Counted from the first letter of the stretch, positions 53,001 to 63,525 are shown. The stretch: DNA of 64,000 nt from Anaerolineaceae bacterium (GCA_038562455.1 JBCFBD010000007.1:405-64404); one strand, 5' to 3'. Program-made: numbers and translations. The notes: generated from the letters alone by a model not told the origin.

Positions 53001-55526
53001 CTATTCCTGCAGGTATTTTATCAGTTGTTGGGTTTCTTTTTTACCGCCGCCAGCCAGGTCAACTGAAGGGCCTACGCAGGATGGACAACCTTCGCTGCAT
53101 TCACAGGTTTTCACCAGTCCGCCAGCCTGCAGCAGCAGATCATCAAAATGATTGAACAAATACTCCGTCAAGCCAATGCCCGCCGGCACGTTGTCATAAA
53201 ATATAATGGCAGGTTGGTTCTCTGCGAAACGGGCGGCGGGGTCAAAGAAACTGCCCAGGTCGCCACTGTCACTCATTACCATCAACGGCGCAAGTGATTC
53301 CAGCAGATGGTGCAATCCGGATAGCGCGCTCCTGACCCTTACCTGGTTTTCCACCAATGCGTGACAATCTACGCAGAGTGTCACCAGGTTGCTGGCAGCG
53401 TTCGCCTTTTCAATCGAAGTGAATGACTTGAAGGGGATTTTATGGTGTACGTGATGTGCACTGACGGTTTCTTTTTTACCGCAGACCTGGCAGGTAAAAT
53501 CGTCGCGCAGACGTATACGGTCACGGATAACTGTCCAATCACGACCGTAGTTGTTCGGGTCGCTGCGCCATAAGCCATCGTGGCGCATCTTGTCCACGCA
53601 TTCAGGTTTGACCACCATCCAGAAGGCTACAGTGCGCAGGTCGGTGGCGGGCAGATCCAAATCGGTCACGTCCAGCACCTCCCTGGTTGTCCAGTGAATA
53701 CGTTTATACCCGGTCACCTTGCTTGTTACCACCACCTCACCATGATTAAGGATGTAATTGCCATGCTCAAGGGTCCCGTTGAGAGAAAGTATTTCCACTT
53801 CAGTGTTCAGGATCGGCTCCGTGATGTAATCACCAGCAAAAAAAGACAGATTTGCAGCACTTTTTTCTAGGTCCAGCTCCTCCACACGGTAGGTCTCTCC
53901 ATCGTGAATGTAGACTGCGCCGGGGTGAACCATCCACAATCCGCTCGTATAATCAACCTCTCCAATGACCTTCACATCACCCAAGAGATTATGGGCACGC
54001 AACAAGATTGATCCTGAAGAAGCACTGCGTAAAGAAATGTGCTGCGTGGGATAATCGTTAGAAACCCAGTGATATTTACCATTTTTATGGAACAATAACG
54101 CAGCTTCGGTCAGATAATCTAGATATTGGCGTAAGGTCTCCGGTTCAAGATTGCCAAAATGCTCGTTTTCCTCAATGGGACCTTCCGCCGCCGCTGCTTG
54201 GAGGTGCTCGATCAGTATGAGGGGATTATCCGGATTGATCAATGCCTCTTCCGGGTTACGCGAAAGCAGATATTGAGGATTGCGCGCCAGAAACTGGTCG
54301 AGTGGATTCATAGAAGCAATAAATACAGCAAGCGAAGGATTGAACTTGCGGCCGGCTCTGCCTGCGCGTTGAACAAGCCCAGAGATGGTGCCCGGATAAC
54401 CGGGGAGAAGGACAGCGTCCACGCCCCCAATATCCACGCCCAATTCAAGCGCATTGGTGGCGATGCCAATCTTGATCTCTCCTCTTTTCAACCCCTCTTC
54501 AATCTCCCGCCGTTCACCGCGCAAATATCCGCTGCGGTAACCTCGAACTTTGGTCTGTGGGATGCGCAAGACAGCGCGCGTGTCGCGCAGTAGGATTTCC
54601 ACAAACCTGCGCGTACGGCAGAAGACCAGCGTTTGAATGCCTCTTTGATAAAGCAGCGCTAATAATTTGCCAGTGGTGGGGAGCAATCCCTCCCGAATGC
54701 CAAATTCCTCGTTGATCATCGGCGGGTTGTAAATCATGAAATACTTTTGACCTTGCGGAGAACCGTCTCTACTGACGATGGAGACCTCCTGCTGTATGAG
54801 CTGGCGCGCATGCTGTAGCGGATTGTGAATGGTCGCGGAGGTCATGATAAAGACCGGTTTTGCACCATAGAAACGGGTGATGCGCAGCAGCCGGCGCATC
54901 AAGTTCGCGACGTGTGAGCCAAAAATGCCGCGGTAGATATGAATTTCGTCGATCACAACGTATTTTAAGTTGCGAAAGAATCTCTCCCATATCGGGTTGT
55001 GAGGTAGGATGCCGATGTTCAGCATGTCTGGATTGGTGAGAAGTATGTTGGCTTTATCTCTGATCGATGAGCGGTCCTTCTGCGGGGTATCGCCATCGTA
55101 GATCGCCGGACGCACTAGGGCGCGAAGTTCCTGTGGAATCAAGTCATACAGACTGTTCAATTGATCATTCGTCAACGCCTTGGTTGGAAAGATCATCAGC
55201 GCGGTGCTGTCGGTATCTCCGCATATTGCGTTCAGGATCGGCAGTTGGTAACACAGGCTCTTGCCACTAGAGGTTCCGGTGGAAATCACGAAACTCGTGT
55301 TTTCCTTCGCCAGATTGATCGCTTCAGCCTGGTGAGAATACAAGCGGTCAATTCCTTTTTTGAGCAAGGAATCACGAACGAACGGATTCAAGTCAGTCGG
55401 AAGTTCCTCAAATTTCGCTTTCCGCGCATCGGTGATGTGCAGGTGAGCGATATTCTCCCCAAAATTTTGGTCAGTGGTGAAAGCATTAATTAGAGAATTG
55501 ATAGGCGAATCATCTGAGGTGGGCAT
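53001..55526 (-). CDS. DEAD/DEAH-box helicase with a C-terminal DUF1998/MZB domain (YprA/MrfA-like) and an HNH-like insert
   Basis: GTSSGKS (Walker A), DEIH, QRAGRAGR and the terminal CECSEGCPSC. The HNH-like segment is CQVCG...HHVHHKIPF...NLVTLCVDCH (about 53361-53492). Confidence 0.8.
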   Translation of the reverse strand: MPTSDDSPINSLINAFTTDQNFGENIAHLHITDARKAKFEELPTDLNPFVRDSLLKKGIDRLYSHQAEAINLAKENTSFVISTGTSSGKSLCYQLPILNAICGDTDSTALMIFPTKALTNDQLNSLYDLIPQELRALVRPAIYDGDTPQKDRSSIRDKANILLTNPDMLNIGILPHNPIWERFFRNLKYVVIDEIHIYRGIFGSHVANLMRRLLRITRFYGAKPVFIMTSATIHNPLQHARQLIQQEVSIVSRDGSPQGQKYFMIYNPPMINEEFGIREGLLPTTGKLLALLYQRGIQTLVFCRTRRFVEILLRDTRAVLRIPQTKVRGYRSGYLRGERREIEEGLKRGEIKIGIATNALELGVDIGGVDAVLLPGYPGTISGLVQRAGRAGRKFNPSLAVFIASMNPLDQFLARNPQYLLSRNPEEALINPDNPLILIEHLQAAAAEGPIEENEHFGNLEPETLRQYLDYLTEAALLFHKNGKYHWVSNDYPTQHISLRSASSGSILLRAHNLLGDVKVIGEVDYTSGLWMVHPGAVYIHDGETYRVEELDLEKSAANLSFFAGDYITEPILNTEVEILSLNGTLEHGNYILNHGEVVVTSKVTGYKRIHWTTREVLDVTDLDLPATDLRTVAFWMVVKPECVDKMRHDGLWRSDPNNYGRDWTVIRDRIRLRDDFTCQVCGKKETVSAHHVHHKIPFKSFTSIEKANAASNLVTLCVDCHALVENQVRVRSALSGLHHLLESLAPLMVMSDSGDLGSFFDPAARFAENQPAIIFYDNVPAGIGLTEYLFNHFDDLLLQAGGLVKTCECSEGCPSCVGPSVDLAGGGKKETQQLIKYLQE

Positions 55527-55597
55527 GAGGTTTGCTTTGCATTATACTATTGGAAATATTCCTTTGTTTTCTTGATAGACTACAGCGAGGTGCAGTC

Positions 55598-56332
55598 ATG
55601 GCATTGATCGACAACGTTATTTTCGGAGCGCTGGTCGGAATACTTACCAACTACCTCGCGGATGTGCTGCCTATCACCCGCAAATTCTCGCAGCCGCTCT
55701 GCCTGAATTGCGGCAAGATGTTCACTCTCCGGGAGTACCTTTTCTCATTCAGATGCCCCAAATGCAAGCGTAAAACGCCCGCCAGGGTGATCATCGTTTT
55801 GATCCTCTCGATACTTAGCAGTATCTTGCTCGAATTTTTCCCTTTAGGGAATTTAACTTTCTGGGCCACTCTGCCTTTGATGCTTTTCCTGGGTGTAATC
55901 CTGGTCATTGATATCGAGCACAGAGTCGTGCTCAAGGAAACCAGTTATCTCGGCTTAGTGCTTATGTTTGTCTATGGCATCATTCTGCATGGTTTCCTGC
56001 CTACGCTGTTCGGCGGACTGGCAGGGTTGTTGATCATGCTTGGGTTGTATTTTCTCGGAGTGCTGTTCAACAAGATTGTGGGATGGATTCGGGGACAATC
56101 GATCGATGAGGTTGCCCTGGGATTTGGAGACGTGTATGTCACCACTTTTCTGGGGTTTCTGACCGGTTGGCCGGCAATCATCGCTGTACTTCTCCTCGCC
56201 ATCCTGGCGAGCGGCGTTTTTTCACTATTCTACATCCTGGTAAAAGCCATTCTCAGAAAATATCAGTCCTTCTCAGCCATACCCTATACACCATTCCTGA
56301 TCCTTGCGGCCGTGGCAATCTTTTACATCTAA
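55598..56332 (+). CDS. A24-family prepilin peptidase
   Basis: Start at MALIDN. N-terminal Zn ribbon (CLNCG...CPKCK), multiple TMs and the GFGDV catalytic Asp motif are present. Confidence 0.75.
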   Translation: MALIDNVIFGALVGILTNYLADVLPITRKFSQPLCLNCGKMFTLREYLFSFRCPKCKRKTPARVIIVLILSILSSILLEFFPLGNLTFWATLPLMLFLGVILVIDIEHRVVLKETSYLGLVLMFVYGIILHGFLPTLFGGLAGLLIMLGLYFLGVLFNKIVGWIRGQSIDEVALGFGDVYVTTFLGFLTGWPAIIAVLLLAILASGVFSLFYILVKAILRKYQSFSAIPYTPFLILAAVAIFYI

Positions 56333-56359
56333 TAAATTTGCATTTTGGATGTTAACCGA

Positions 56360-57958
56360 TTATTTCAGAGGCGGTCCGGCATTCAGTATCGCAGGATCGA
56401 GTTCGTCGGCGAAACGTTCCATACGCATGCGCATTTTCGTAATCAATCCCGCCGCAGTTTGATAATACTTGTCCTTCTCCTGCCAGGTATTAACTGGTTC
56501 GAGGATTTCATCAGGTATGCCCTCAAGTGATGAAGGGATCTGCAGACCAAACACAGGTTCGGTCTTTAAAACGCTAACAGGGATTCTATTTTCTAGCGCC
56601 AGGCGGATCATCGCCCGGGAAAAGGGCAAGTGGATACGTTTGCCGATACCGTAAGGACCACCAGACCAGCCGGTGTTGACCAACCAGACACGCGGTAGGT
56701 GGGTTGTAATACGTTTGAACAACATGCCAGCATAGACAATCGGTGAAAGGGGTAGAAAAGGTTCACCAAAACAGGTCGAAAATGTCGCCTCAGGTTCGGC
56801 AGATAACCCCTCCTCAGTTCCAGCGAGTTTAGCGGTATAGCCCAAAAGGAAATAATAAACTGCCTGCTCGAAACTCAATAGTGAAATGGGCGGGAGGACG
56901 CCGAAGGCATCAGCACTCAGGAAAAAGATGTTATCTGGATGCGAACCAATTCCAGTTGGTACATGATTGTCGATGTAAGCGATGGGATAAGCAGCGCGTG
57001 TATTTTCAGTTTTGCGATTGTCACTAAAATCGATCTCACGCGTATCAGGATCATACCCCACATTTTCGAGTAACGATCCAAAGCGTTGTGATGCCTCCCA
57101 GATCAGAGGCTCTAGCTCACGGCTAAGATTGATGGTTTTTGCATAACAGCCATTCTCAAAATTGAAAATTCCATTGTGGCTCCAACCGTGTTCATCATCC
57201 CCAATGAGTGACCGGTCAAGGCTGGAAGAAAGTGTGGTCTTTCCTGTGCCAGAAAGACCAAAGAAAAGGGCGGTGTCGCCATTTTTACCGACATTCGCAG
57301 AACAATGCATTGGAAAAACATCTTTTTCCGGCAACACCCGGTTCATCACAGTAAAAACCGATTTTTTGATTTCTCCAGCGTATGAGGTGCCGCCAATCAG
57401 GATCATCTTTTCAGCAAAGTTGATGATCACGAAGATTCCCGTCCTGGTCCCATCGATAACAGGATCCGCGGAAAATTTTGGCACATGTAACAGCGTAAAA
57501 TCTGGGATTTCGTCAACATCAAGCACTATTGGTTTTAACAGATCGCGCGTGAACAACGCAGCCCATGCCTGATCTGAAATGAACCTGAATGTTTTTGTAT
57601 AATTTGGGTCGCGCCCAGCAATGGCGTCCTGCACGTACAGTTTACGCTTTGCGAGATATTGCTTCACTTTTTTATAGATGGTTTCATACTGCAGCGCAGA
57701 GATGGATTTGTTGACATCCCCCCATGCGATCTCCGCATCCGAGGCTGTTTGGTTGTCGACCAAGTATTTATCATTCGGTGATCGCCCCGTGTGCACACCG
57801 GTTTCTACAATGACTGCCCCAGTATGGGACAGGACACCTTCGTGTTCCAGTAGTATAGATTCAATTAATTTTGCTACATCGTGGTTATAGAAAACTTCAT
57901 TTTGCTGATCAATGGCAAGATAGGACAGACAGGTATTTGAAGTTGCGGAAATAGTCAA
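56360..57958 (-). CDS. pckA: Phosphoenolpyruvate carboxykinase (ATP)
   Basis: 532 aa with the GLSGTGKTTLS kinase-1a motif. The overall PckA pattern is present. Confidence 0.95.
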   Translation of the reverse strand: MTISATSNTCLSYLAIDQQNEVFYNHDVAKLIESILLEHEGVLSHTGAVIVETGVHTGRSPNDKYLVDNQTASDAEIAWGDVNKSISALQYETIYKKVKQYLAKRKLYVQDAIAGRDPNYTKTFRFISDQAWAALFTRDLLKPIVLDVDEIPDFTLLHVPKFSADPVIDGTRTGIFVIINFAEKMILIGGTSYAGEIKKSVFTVMNRVLPEKDVFPMHCSANVGKNGDTALFFGLSGTGKTTLSSSLDRSLIGDDEHGWSHNGIFNFENGCYAKTINLSRELEPLIWEASQRFGSLLENVGYDPDTREIDFSDNRKTENTRAAYPIAYIDNHVPTGIGSHPDNIFFLSADAFGVLPPISLLSFEQAVYYFLLGYTAKLAGTEEGLSAEPEATFSTCFGEPFLPLSPIVYAGMLFKRITTHLPRVWLVNTGWSGGPYGIGKRIHLPFSRAMIRLALENRIPVSVLKTEPVFGLQIPSSLEGIPDEILEPVNTWQEKDKYYQTAAGLITKMRMRMERFADELDPAILNAGPPLK

Positions 57959-57981
57959 TTTTTACTCCAAGGTAAGGTTAA

Positions 57982-60423
57982 TCAAGGTGCCTTATTCAAC
58001 AAAAAATGATACCAGAACCATACTATCTCTGAAGAAGGTTTTTGATAAATAGAGGAACTAGAGTCCTGTAGTTCAGCATAAGGGAAGAATCCGCGCGAAA
58101 TAAAACCAGTGATCCAATCGCGGGCTGCACTGCTTTGTATTGCAGCACTGTAGATCTTAGCCTGAATTTCCAGGTCAACGGCTCTCTGGTTTTCCAGACC
58201 TGGTGAAATAAGCTGGTAGGCATTTGATGTGAGCATGCCATATATTGCCTGTTCAGAGGAGGGGTACGAGATACCGATCAGTACAGGCTGATCGGTCACA
58301 CTGACGATGGGCTTTACCAGGGTATCCAATATAGTATCAAAGTACCGTCGTATCTCGCTAACCGAGCCCTGTTTAATCTCCAGCGACGGGGATAAGAGTA
58401 CATATACCATATCTACCTGGTCCAACCATGTGGGAATGTAGGTATTAGAAGCACTGATCGTCACAACACCGATCAGTTTTCCCTCGAAACGCTGCCGTAA
58501 ACCGGTGATGATCATGCCCCAATGTTCGTCACTGAGCGCTCTCGGTACTCTACCCGTGTCAACCGTATGCTGTCCAACTTCTATATAAGGGGCAGAGGGT
58601 TCTGTAATTACCAGCGCATCTGTTGCCATTAATTGAGCCAGATCGGCATGGTGGAAAAGGAAACGCTGATATTGCTCATACCAGGTCGTCTTGAATTCCT
58701 CTGACCACAGATCGGAAGAATAATAATTTATTGCGCCTTGCGTGTAGTTTACTTGTGGGTATAAAAATGTCCTTTGCCCACTTATGGTCACATGGTTGAT
58801 CATGGTCACGAGTTCATGCCACTGTAGGTCTTCGCCTGGTGCGATCGATAAATACGGCTGTCCTGAACTGGATGTTGTCCATGTGGGTGAGAGAATGACG
58901 AAATCTCCACCTAGTTGCTGTGAGAAGTTGAGTCCTGAGGTAATTGTCGCCCGCCAGCCGGCAGCATACGCAGGAGCAAATTCGACTCCAGCCATAAAAC
59001 CGGGGCGGGTGCCAAGCGCTTCAAATGCCAGGTACTCGGTAGAATCGACTGTTAATGCAGATAATCCTGACCATTCGACCACAGTATTCGTGATTGTTCG
59101 GCTCTCGGGGAGGGGAGCAAGGGTAGTCGGACCTGAGGTTTCACCGACACTGATCTCACATAATCCATTGCGGCAATACCGGTATTCCAGCGAATCGGTG
59201 AAGTGCAAGGGCGAGTAAAGGGTAAATTCCCAGATCCCGGAACCTCTGGAGACCATTGGCAGTGGTTCCGTCCAATCAAAAGGTTTGAACTGAATATACA
59301 CTTTTTCATTGGCGGGCGTGGCATCAGGTACCTTGACGGTGATCTTTACCGGGGCAATCTGCGAATATGAGAATGACATCACCCGGTCACGCATGACCAT
59401 GCCTTCCTGTATCACCAGGTCTCGCGTGATAAAACTTCCGTCGTTAGATAATTCTGTATTCCAAAATCCATCGCCGAATGAGTATTTGTAGCGCAAGTGC
59501 AACCCAACCGGCAGTTCCAATTCGATGAAGTACCGGTTATTCGCGGCGTAGATCATGGTTGGGTAATTTACCGCAGAGCCGGCAGAACCGGATGACAAAT
59601 CAGCATAAGCATTACCCAGGTTCGATAGATTGCTAATGAATCTCAGCGGCATTTCTTTTGGATGGTCGCGTGGCAGCGTGACCTCAAACCTCACCAGCGT
59701 AGTGGGTCGCTTTTTCAGATACACCAGCACAGGTGTGGACGCACCTTCCGCGATCAAAGCCCCCTGTTGAAAGGTCTCGTAGCTGCCATCCATGCTGTAA
59801 ATGACAAGATTGTGCACACCGGGCACCAACTGGTTCACAATAAATGATCCATCAGAGGCGGTGATTACCTGCTTACCGCCTACACTGATCAAAAGGTTGG
59901 GAATTGGCGCATTATTCACCTGATCAATCACTTGGCCCGTGATACGTCCCACCTTTCTATCTAATGTATTTTCTGACCAGGCAGCCACGATATCTTCGAT
60001 GATTCGTGGGCCATCCAGGCGTGCAATCCGAAAACGTACCGGTTCGCCCTCAGCAGTCCTTTCATAGTCCGTTTCGCTCGATACCCGCACATAACGGTAC
60101 TTGACTTCAGTGGAGATCTTTAGAGGAATACGCAAGGAATAATGCGCCGCGTCCTCACGAACCATCTCGTACCTGGCGGCATTGAAGTATACCCCTGTGA
60201 CATCATCCACGATTTCCAGCATGACTTTGGCATCGGCGGTTACATCCTCAGGCAGGGTAACCTTGAAGAGCACCTCAGCAAGTTGGAAATCGTTGGTAGT
60301 TAGTTGAGAAGTTAATGAAGAGAGATTTGAACAAGAAGATATGAAAACGAGTGACAGGAATAGAATAAGAAACGTGTAAGCAGGATGAATTAATCTGAAG
60401 TGAGTGACACGATTCTTTGACAT
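57982..60423 (-). CDS. Lipoprotein with three CBM-like beta-sandwich repeats, a CarboxypepD_reg-like domain and an unknown C-terminal domain
   Basis: Lipobox FISSC. GRITGQVID...PIPN...DGSF matches a carboxypeptidase regulatory-like fold. The first ATG is at 60423; the track starts at TTG 60432. Confidence 0.55.
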   Translation of the reverse strand: MSKNRVTHFRLIHPAYTFLILFLSLVFISSCSNLSSLTSQLTTNDFQLAEVLFKVTLPEDVTADAKVMLEIVDDVTGVYFNAARYEMVREDAAHYSLRIPLKISTEVKYRYVRVSSETDYERTAEGEPVRFRIARLDGPRIIEDIVAAWSENTLDRKVGRITGQVIDQVNNAPIPNLLISVGGKQVITASDGSFIVNQLVPGVHNLVIYSMDGSYETFQQGALIAEGASTPVLVYLKKRPTTLVRFEVTLPRDHPKEMPLRFISNLSNLGNAYADLSSGSAGSAVNYPTMIYAANNRYFIELELPVGLHLRYKYSFGDGFWNTELSNDGSFITRDLVIQEGMVMRDRVMSFSYSQIAPVKITVKVPDATPANEKVYIQFKPFDWTEPLPMVSRGSGIWEFTLYSPLHFTDSLEYRYCRNGLCEISVGETSGPTTLAPLPESRTITNTVVEWSGLSALTVDSTEYLAFEALGTRPGFMAGVEFAPAYAAGWRATITSGLNFSQQLGGDFVILSPTWTTSSSGQPYLSIAPGEDLQWHELVTMINHVTISGQRTFLYPQVNYTQGAINYYSSDLWSEEFKTTWYEQYQRFLFHHADLAQLMATDALVITEPSAPYIEVGQHTVDTGRVPRALSDEHWGMIITGLRQRFEGKLIGVVTISASNTYIPTWLDQVDMVYVLLSPSLEIKQGSVSEIRRYFDTILDTLVKPIVSVTDQPVLIGISYPSSEQAIYGMLTSNAYQLISPGLENQRAVDLEIQAKIYSAAIQSSAARDWITGFISRGFFPYAELQDSSSSIYQKPSSEIVWFWYHFLLNKAP

Positions 60424-60455
60424 AATATGCAATTAAAGCAGCGAAACACAAGTCT

Positions 60456-60881
60456 CTATTCGAGCAGGTTCTGTATTTCCCCGGTATGGTCCACCAAGCT
60501 GCCCAAAACCCCATTCACAAACCGGGAGGAGCTGTCAGATCCATAAATTTTGGCAAGTTCGATCGCCTCATTGATGGCCACTTTGATGGGCGTGCACTTC
60601 GCTACCGCGAATTCCCACAAGGCGATGCGCAGAATGTTGCGGTCGATGATCGCCACCTGATCCAACGGCCACTCTGGAGCATGTTCGGTGATCACAGTAT
60701 CCAATTTTTCGATGATTGGGGATACCCCATATACGATCTGCCTGACGAAATCTTCGAGTTTAAGCTCGAGTTGTTCGTCTTCAAGCCGTGCAGTAATCGT
60801 CTCGCCCAACTCATGCCCTGCAACATCGTACTCGTAGAGTACTTGAAGTGCGATTCCGCGGGCTCTAGTGCGAGATTTCAA
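60456..60881 (-). CDS. nusB: Transcription antitermination factor NusB
   Basis: 141 aa. RARGIALQVLYE...DRNILRIALWE is present. Confidence 0.9.
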   Translation of the reverse strand: MKSRTRARGIALQVLYEYDVAGHELGETITARLEDEQLELKLEDFVRQIVYGVSPIIEKLDTVITEHAPEWPLDQVAIIDRNILRIALWEFAVAKCTPIKVAINEAIELAKIYGSDSSSRFVNGVLGSLVDHTGEIQNLLE

Positions 60882-60887
60882 AGGTAC

Positions 60888-61256
60888 TTAATCCGCTTCG
60901 AAATCGATATCTTCGATGTGCACATTAATCTTGCCGATATCCATCCCGACCATTTCTGAAATCGACCTGGAAACCTGGTGCTGAATGGTGCGCGCGACTT
61001 CGCGCACGTTCACATCGCGCTTCAGAATGACGTAGAGATCCACATAGACCCTGTCATCTTCAACAGAGATGTTCACGCCATCGTGCATCCCTTTTTTGAA
61101 TAGTGTGTTCACGTCCCTGGGTACTGCTGTCAGGCGGCTAACCCCCGAAACGCTCAGCGTGGTCAGCTGGGCTATCGAAACCAACACGTCAAGTGCGATG
61201 GTGGTTTTGCCTATAGGTTTTTGATTGGTTGTCATAGTTTCTCTCCACTCTTTCAA
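60888..61256 (-). CDS. Asp23/Gls24 family envelope stress protein
   Basis: 122 aa. GKTTIALDVLVSIA..., a VxV pattern and an acidic tail are present. Confidence 0.8.
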   Translation of the reverse strand: MKEWRETMTTNQKPIGKTTIALDVLVSIAQLTTLSVSGVSRLTAVPRDVNTLFKKGMHDGVNISVEDDRVYVDLYVILKRDVNVREVARTIQHQVSRSISEMVGMDIGKINVHIEDIDFEAD

Positions 61257-61294
61257 TTTACGCTGTAATTATAAACCTTTATCTCATGAATAAA

Positions 61295-62035
61295 TTACGG
61301 CAAGTGAGCCAGGATGAAGTCAAGGCAAATTTGCTGGACCACCGGCAGCTGCTTGTCCAAGAGAATGATATGACTGGATTCCTCAAGGTACACGAAATCC
61401 TTATCCTCGTACCGGATGTGCTTATAGGCATACAATGCCCCCATAGGGTCGATCGTGTCATCCAATTTCCCTTGGAATATGATCACCGGAATTTTGATCT
61501 TCTTCAGGTTACTTTTCACGAGCCGTTGAAGATCGAGCAGGCTTGCAGCCGCCCTGAGTGGAAAAGAGGCGTAGCTCTGCTGGGGGATGTTGGGATTTGG
61601 TTTCCCTTTTTTTATCAAGGGCTTGAATCGCCAGATGAATTTTGCCAACCACAAATTTCGTATCTTTATTGCAGGGGCGAATACCATGGCACCCAAAAGG
61701 GTAGGATAGCGCGCTGCCAGGTACAGGGCTAACAAACCACCCATCGACTCGCCAAGAACGAACACCCTATCGTAACTTTTCATTAATTCCAATAATGCGT
61801 TTTCAGCAGTGGAAGACCATTCCCGCCAGGTAGTCTTGTTCATTTCCATGGCATTTGTCCCATGCCCTGGTAGCAAGGGTCCGCGAGTGGTGTATCCTTG
61901 CCCGCTGAAGTAAGTAGCGATTTGCCTGACCTCAACAGTTGTGGCGGTAAACCCATGCAGGCATAAAATGGCAACCTCTCCGCGCGGCCAAAAAAAGTCA
62001 CTGCCATCGAGATGCGGATTGCGTAAAAGTCCCAT
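61295..62035 (-). CDS. Alpha/beta hydrolase (carboxylesterase/lysophospholipase-like)
   Basis: Start at MGLLRN (ATG 62035, 4 nt after the upstream stop). LHGFT, the GESMGG nucleophile elbow and PGHG are present. Confidence 0.8.
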   Translation of the reverse strand: MGLLRNPHLDGSDFFWPRGEVAILCLHGFTATTVEVRQIATYFSGQGYTTRGPLLPGHGTNAMEMNKTTWREWSSTAENALLELMKSYDRVFVLGESMGGLLALYLAARYPTLLGAMVFAPAIKIRNLWLAKFIWRFKPLIKKGKPNPNIPQQSYASFPLRAAASLLDLQRLVKSNLKKIKIPVIIFQGKLDDTIDPMGALYAYKHIRYEDKDFVYLEESSHIILLDKQLPVVQQICLDFILAHLP

Positions 62036-62039
62036 GTCT

Positions 62040-63329
62040 TCAGACAATTGTCGCTCCTGTAAAGCGCGGAAGCACAGCGGTTGCGTATGGCAGAACGGCA
62101 ATCTTATCGGCGCCAGTCACATTTTTCTGGATAAAATTGGAAGTTTTCAAGTTTTTAGGCAATGGTTTGAGTAACAATGAATTTACAAGCCCATCAGGCA
62201 TTGAAGATCTGAGGTACACCGTGCATTTTTCCAGGATGCGAGCAACCTGGTAGGCTTTATGCGGTCCCACTGAAAAACCTGTGCGCGAGAATTTTTCGAT
62301 CACCTGAGCTGGAGTCTCCATGCCGACCATGAAATCGAGATATCCTTGCGAGCCCGCCCCTTCGCGACACTCGGCGAAAAGCAGGATTAAGCCGCCCTGG
62401 CGGCAGAATTGAGAGGCGTGCGTCATGGCTTTTTGTGCTTGATAAAGATTGATGTCCTTCGGATATCCGCCTGCGCTTGCGATCACAACATCGTACTGAC
62501 CTTCAGTCTCCACCTGACAGATCTGGTTGACCAGCTTGATTCCTGCAGCCATGACCGTAAGCGGCTCGCCAAAAAAGACCTGCAGGATGTGCTTGTTTTC
62601 ATCCAGAACGGCGTTCAAGGCAAGGTCTACGCCGACAATCCTGCCGATCTCCTCGATATCCTGCCTGAGGGGATTTTCAGCATAATTACCTAGTGTCGAT
62701 GCCGGGTCGACCAGCAGCCGATGGTTGGTTGTAATAGTCTGCCTGCCGCATAAACCAATAGCGGCCGACTTGACGCCGCCAGAAAATCCCGCGAAATGAT
62801 GCAATTCAATGTCGCCCACCACGATTTTCAGGTCATGGTTGTAGAATTCATTATTGACTAACACAGGAGTGCCGCGTAAAGTTTGCCCGATTTCGTATAG
62901 TTTATCCTTATCGTCGCAATTATGCGGGATGATAGTGAAATTTTGGATGATATCTTCGCTAAGGACCAACCCAAATTCCTCTGGTTGCATAGGCAGGTGA
63001 GTGCCGGAAGCGATAAATATCGTAATGTTCTCTTTCAGAACACCACGATCAAGCAACCTTGTAATCAGCGGTGTGAGTAGCAAAGAGTTTGGTACCGGCC
63101 TGGTCTTATCGTTGACGGTGATGGCAATTCGTGAATCTTTTCCCAACAGTTCAAGAGGTGATTGCACTCCGAGAGGGGAGGAGAGCGCGTCAGCCACGAG
63201 TTCTTCAGGGCTCGAAACAACAAAGTGGGATAAGTGCCCAGGCAATAAAAGATCAACACGCTGGTTTTTATCAAAAATATCAAATGCTAATTGTTCGCCA
63301 CCATATGGAAGATCAAATTTCATGTGCAT
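62040..63329 (-). CDS. larA: LarA-family (DUF2088) nickel-dependent racemase/epimerase
   Basis: 429 aa. VNDKTRP, ASGTH, HHFAGFSGG and KAMTHA are present. Confidence 0.75.
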   Translation of the reverse strand: MHMKFDLPYGGEQLAFDIFDKNQRVDLLLPGHLSHFVVSSPEELVADALSSPLGVQSPLELLGKDSRIAITVNDKTRPVPNSLLLTPLITRLLDRGVLKENITIFIASGTHLPMQPEEFGLVLSEDIIQNFTIIPHNCDDKDKLYEIGQTLRGTPVLVNNEFYNHDLKIVVGDIELHHFAGFSGGVKSAAIGLCGRQTITTNHRLLVDPASTLGNYAENPLRQDIEEIGRIVGVDLALNAVLDENKHILQVFFGEPLTVMAAGIKLVNQICQVETEGQYDVVIASAGGYPKDINLYQAQKAMTHASQFCRQGGLILLFAECREGAGSQGYLDFMVGMETPAQVIEKFSRTGFSVGPHKAYQVARILEKCTVYLRSSMPDGLVNSLLLKPLPKNLKTSNFIQKNVTGADKIAVLPYATAVLPRFTGATIV

Positions 63330-63525
63330 ATTCCTTATTCTTATCTTGAATAATTATAGCAACCTGCAAAGAAAATCATTCCATTATTTGCATAATCGAT
63401 CAAACTTGGATCTCAAAAAAACTCCAGTACCCTCAAGCAGGGCAGCCAGATGTCATATTTTGTGTTCATGGTTTCGATAAGTATTATTATCATAAACATG
63501 ATATAATAGTGGCGATTGGAGGACT

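Noticed and set aside
63488-63503. Inverted repeat TATCAT-N4-ATGATA as a defined operator feature
   Set aside because: It is a 6-bp AT-rich half-site in an AT-rich region, which could easily arise by chance, and no convincing -35 is present. It is mentioned only in the context of the integrase finding.
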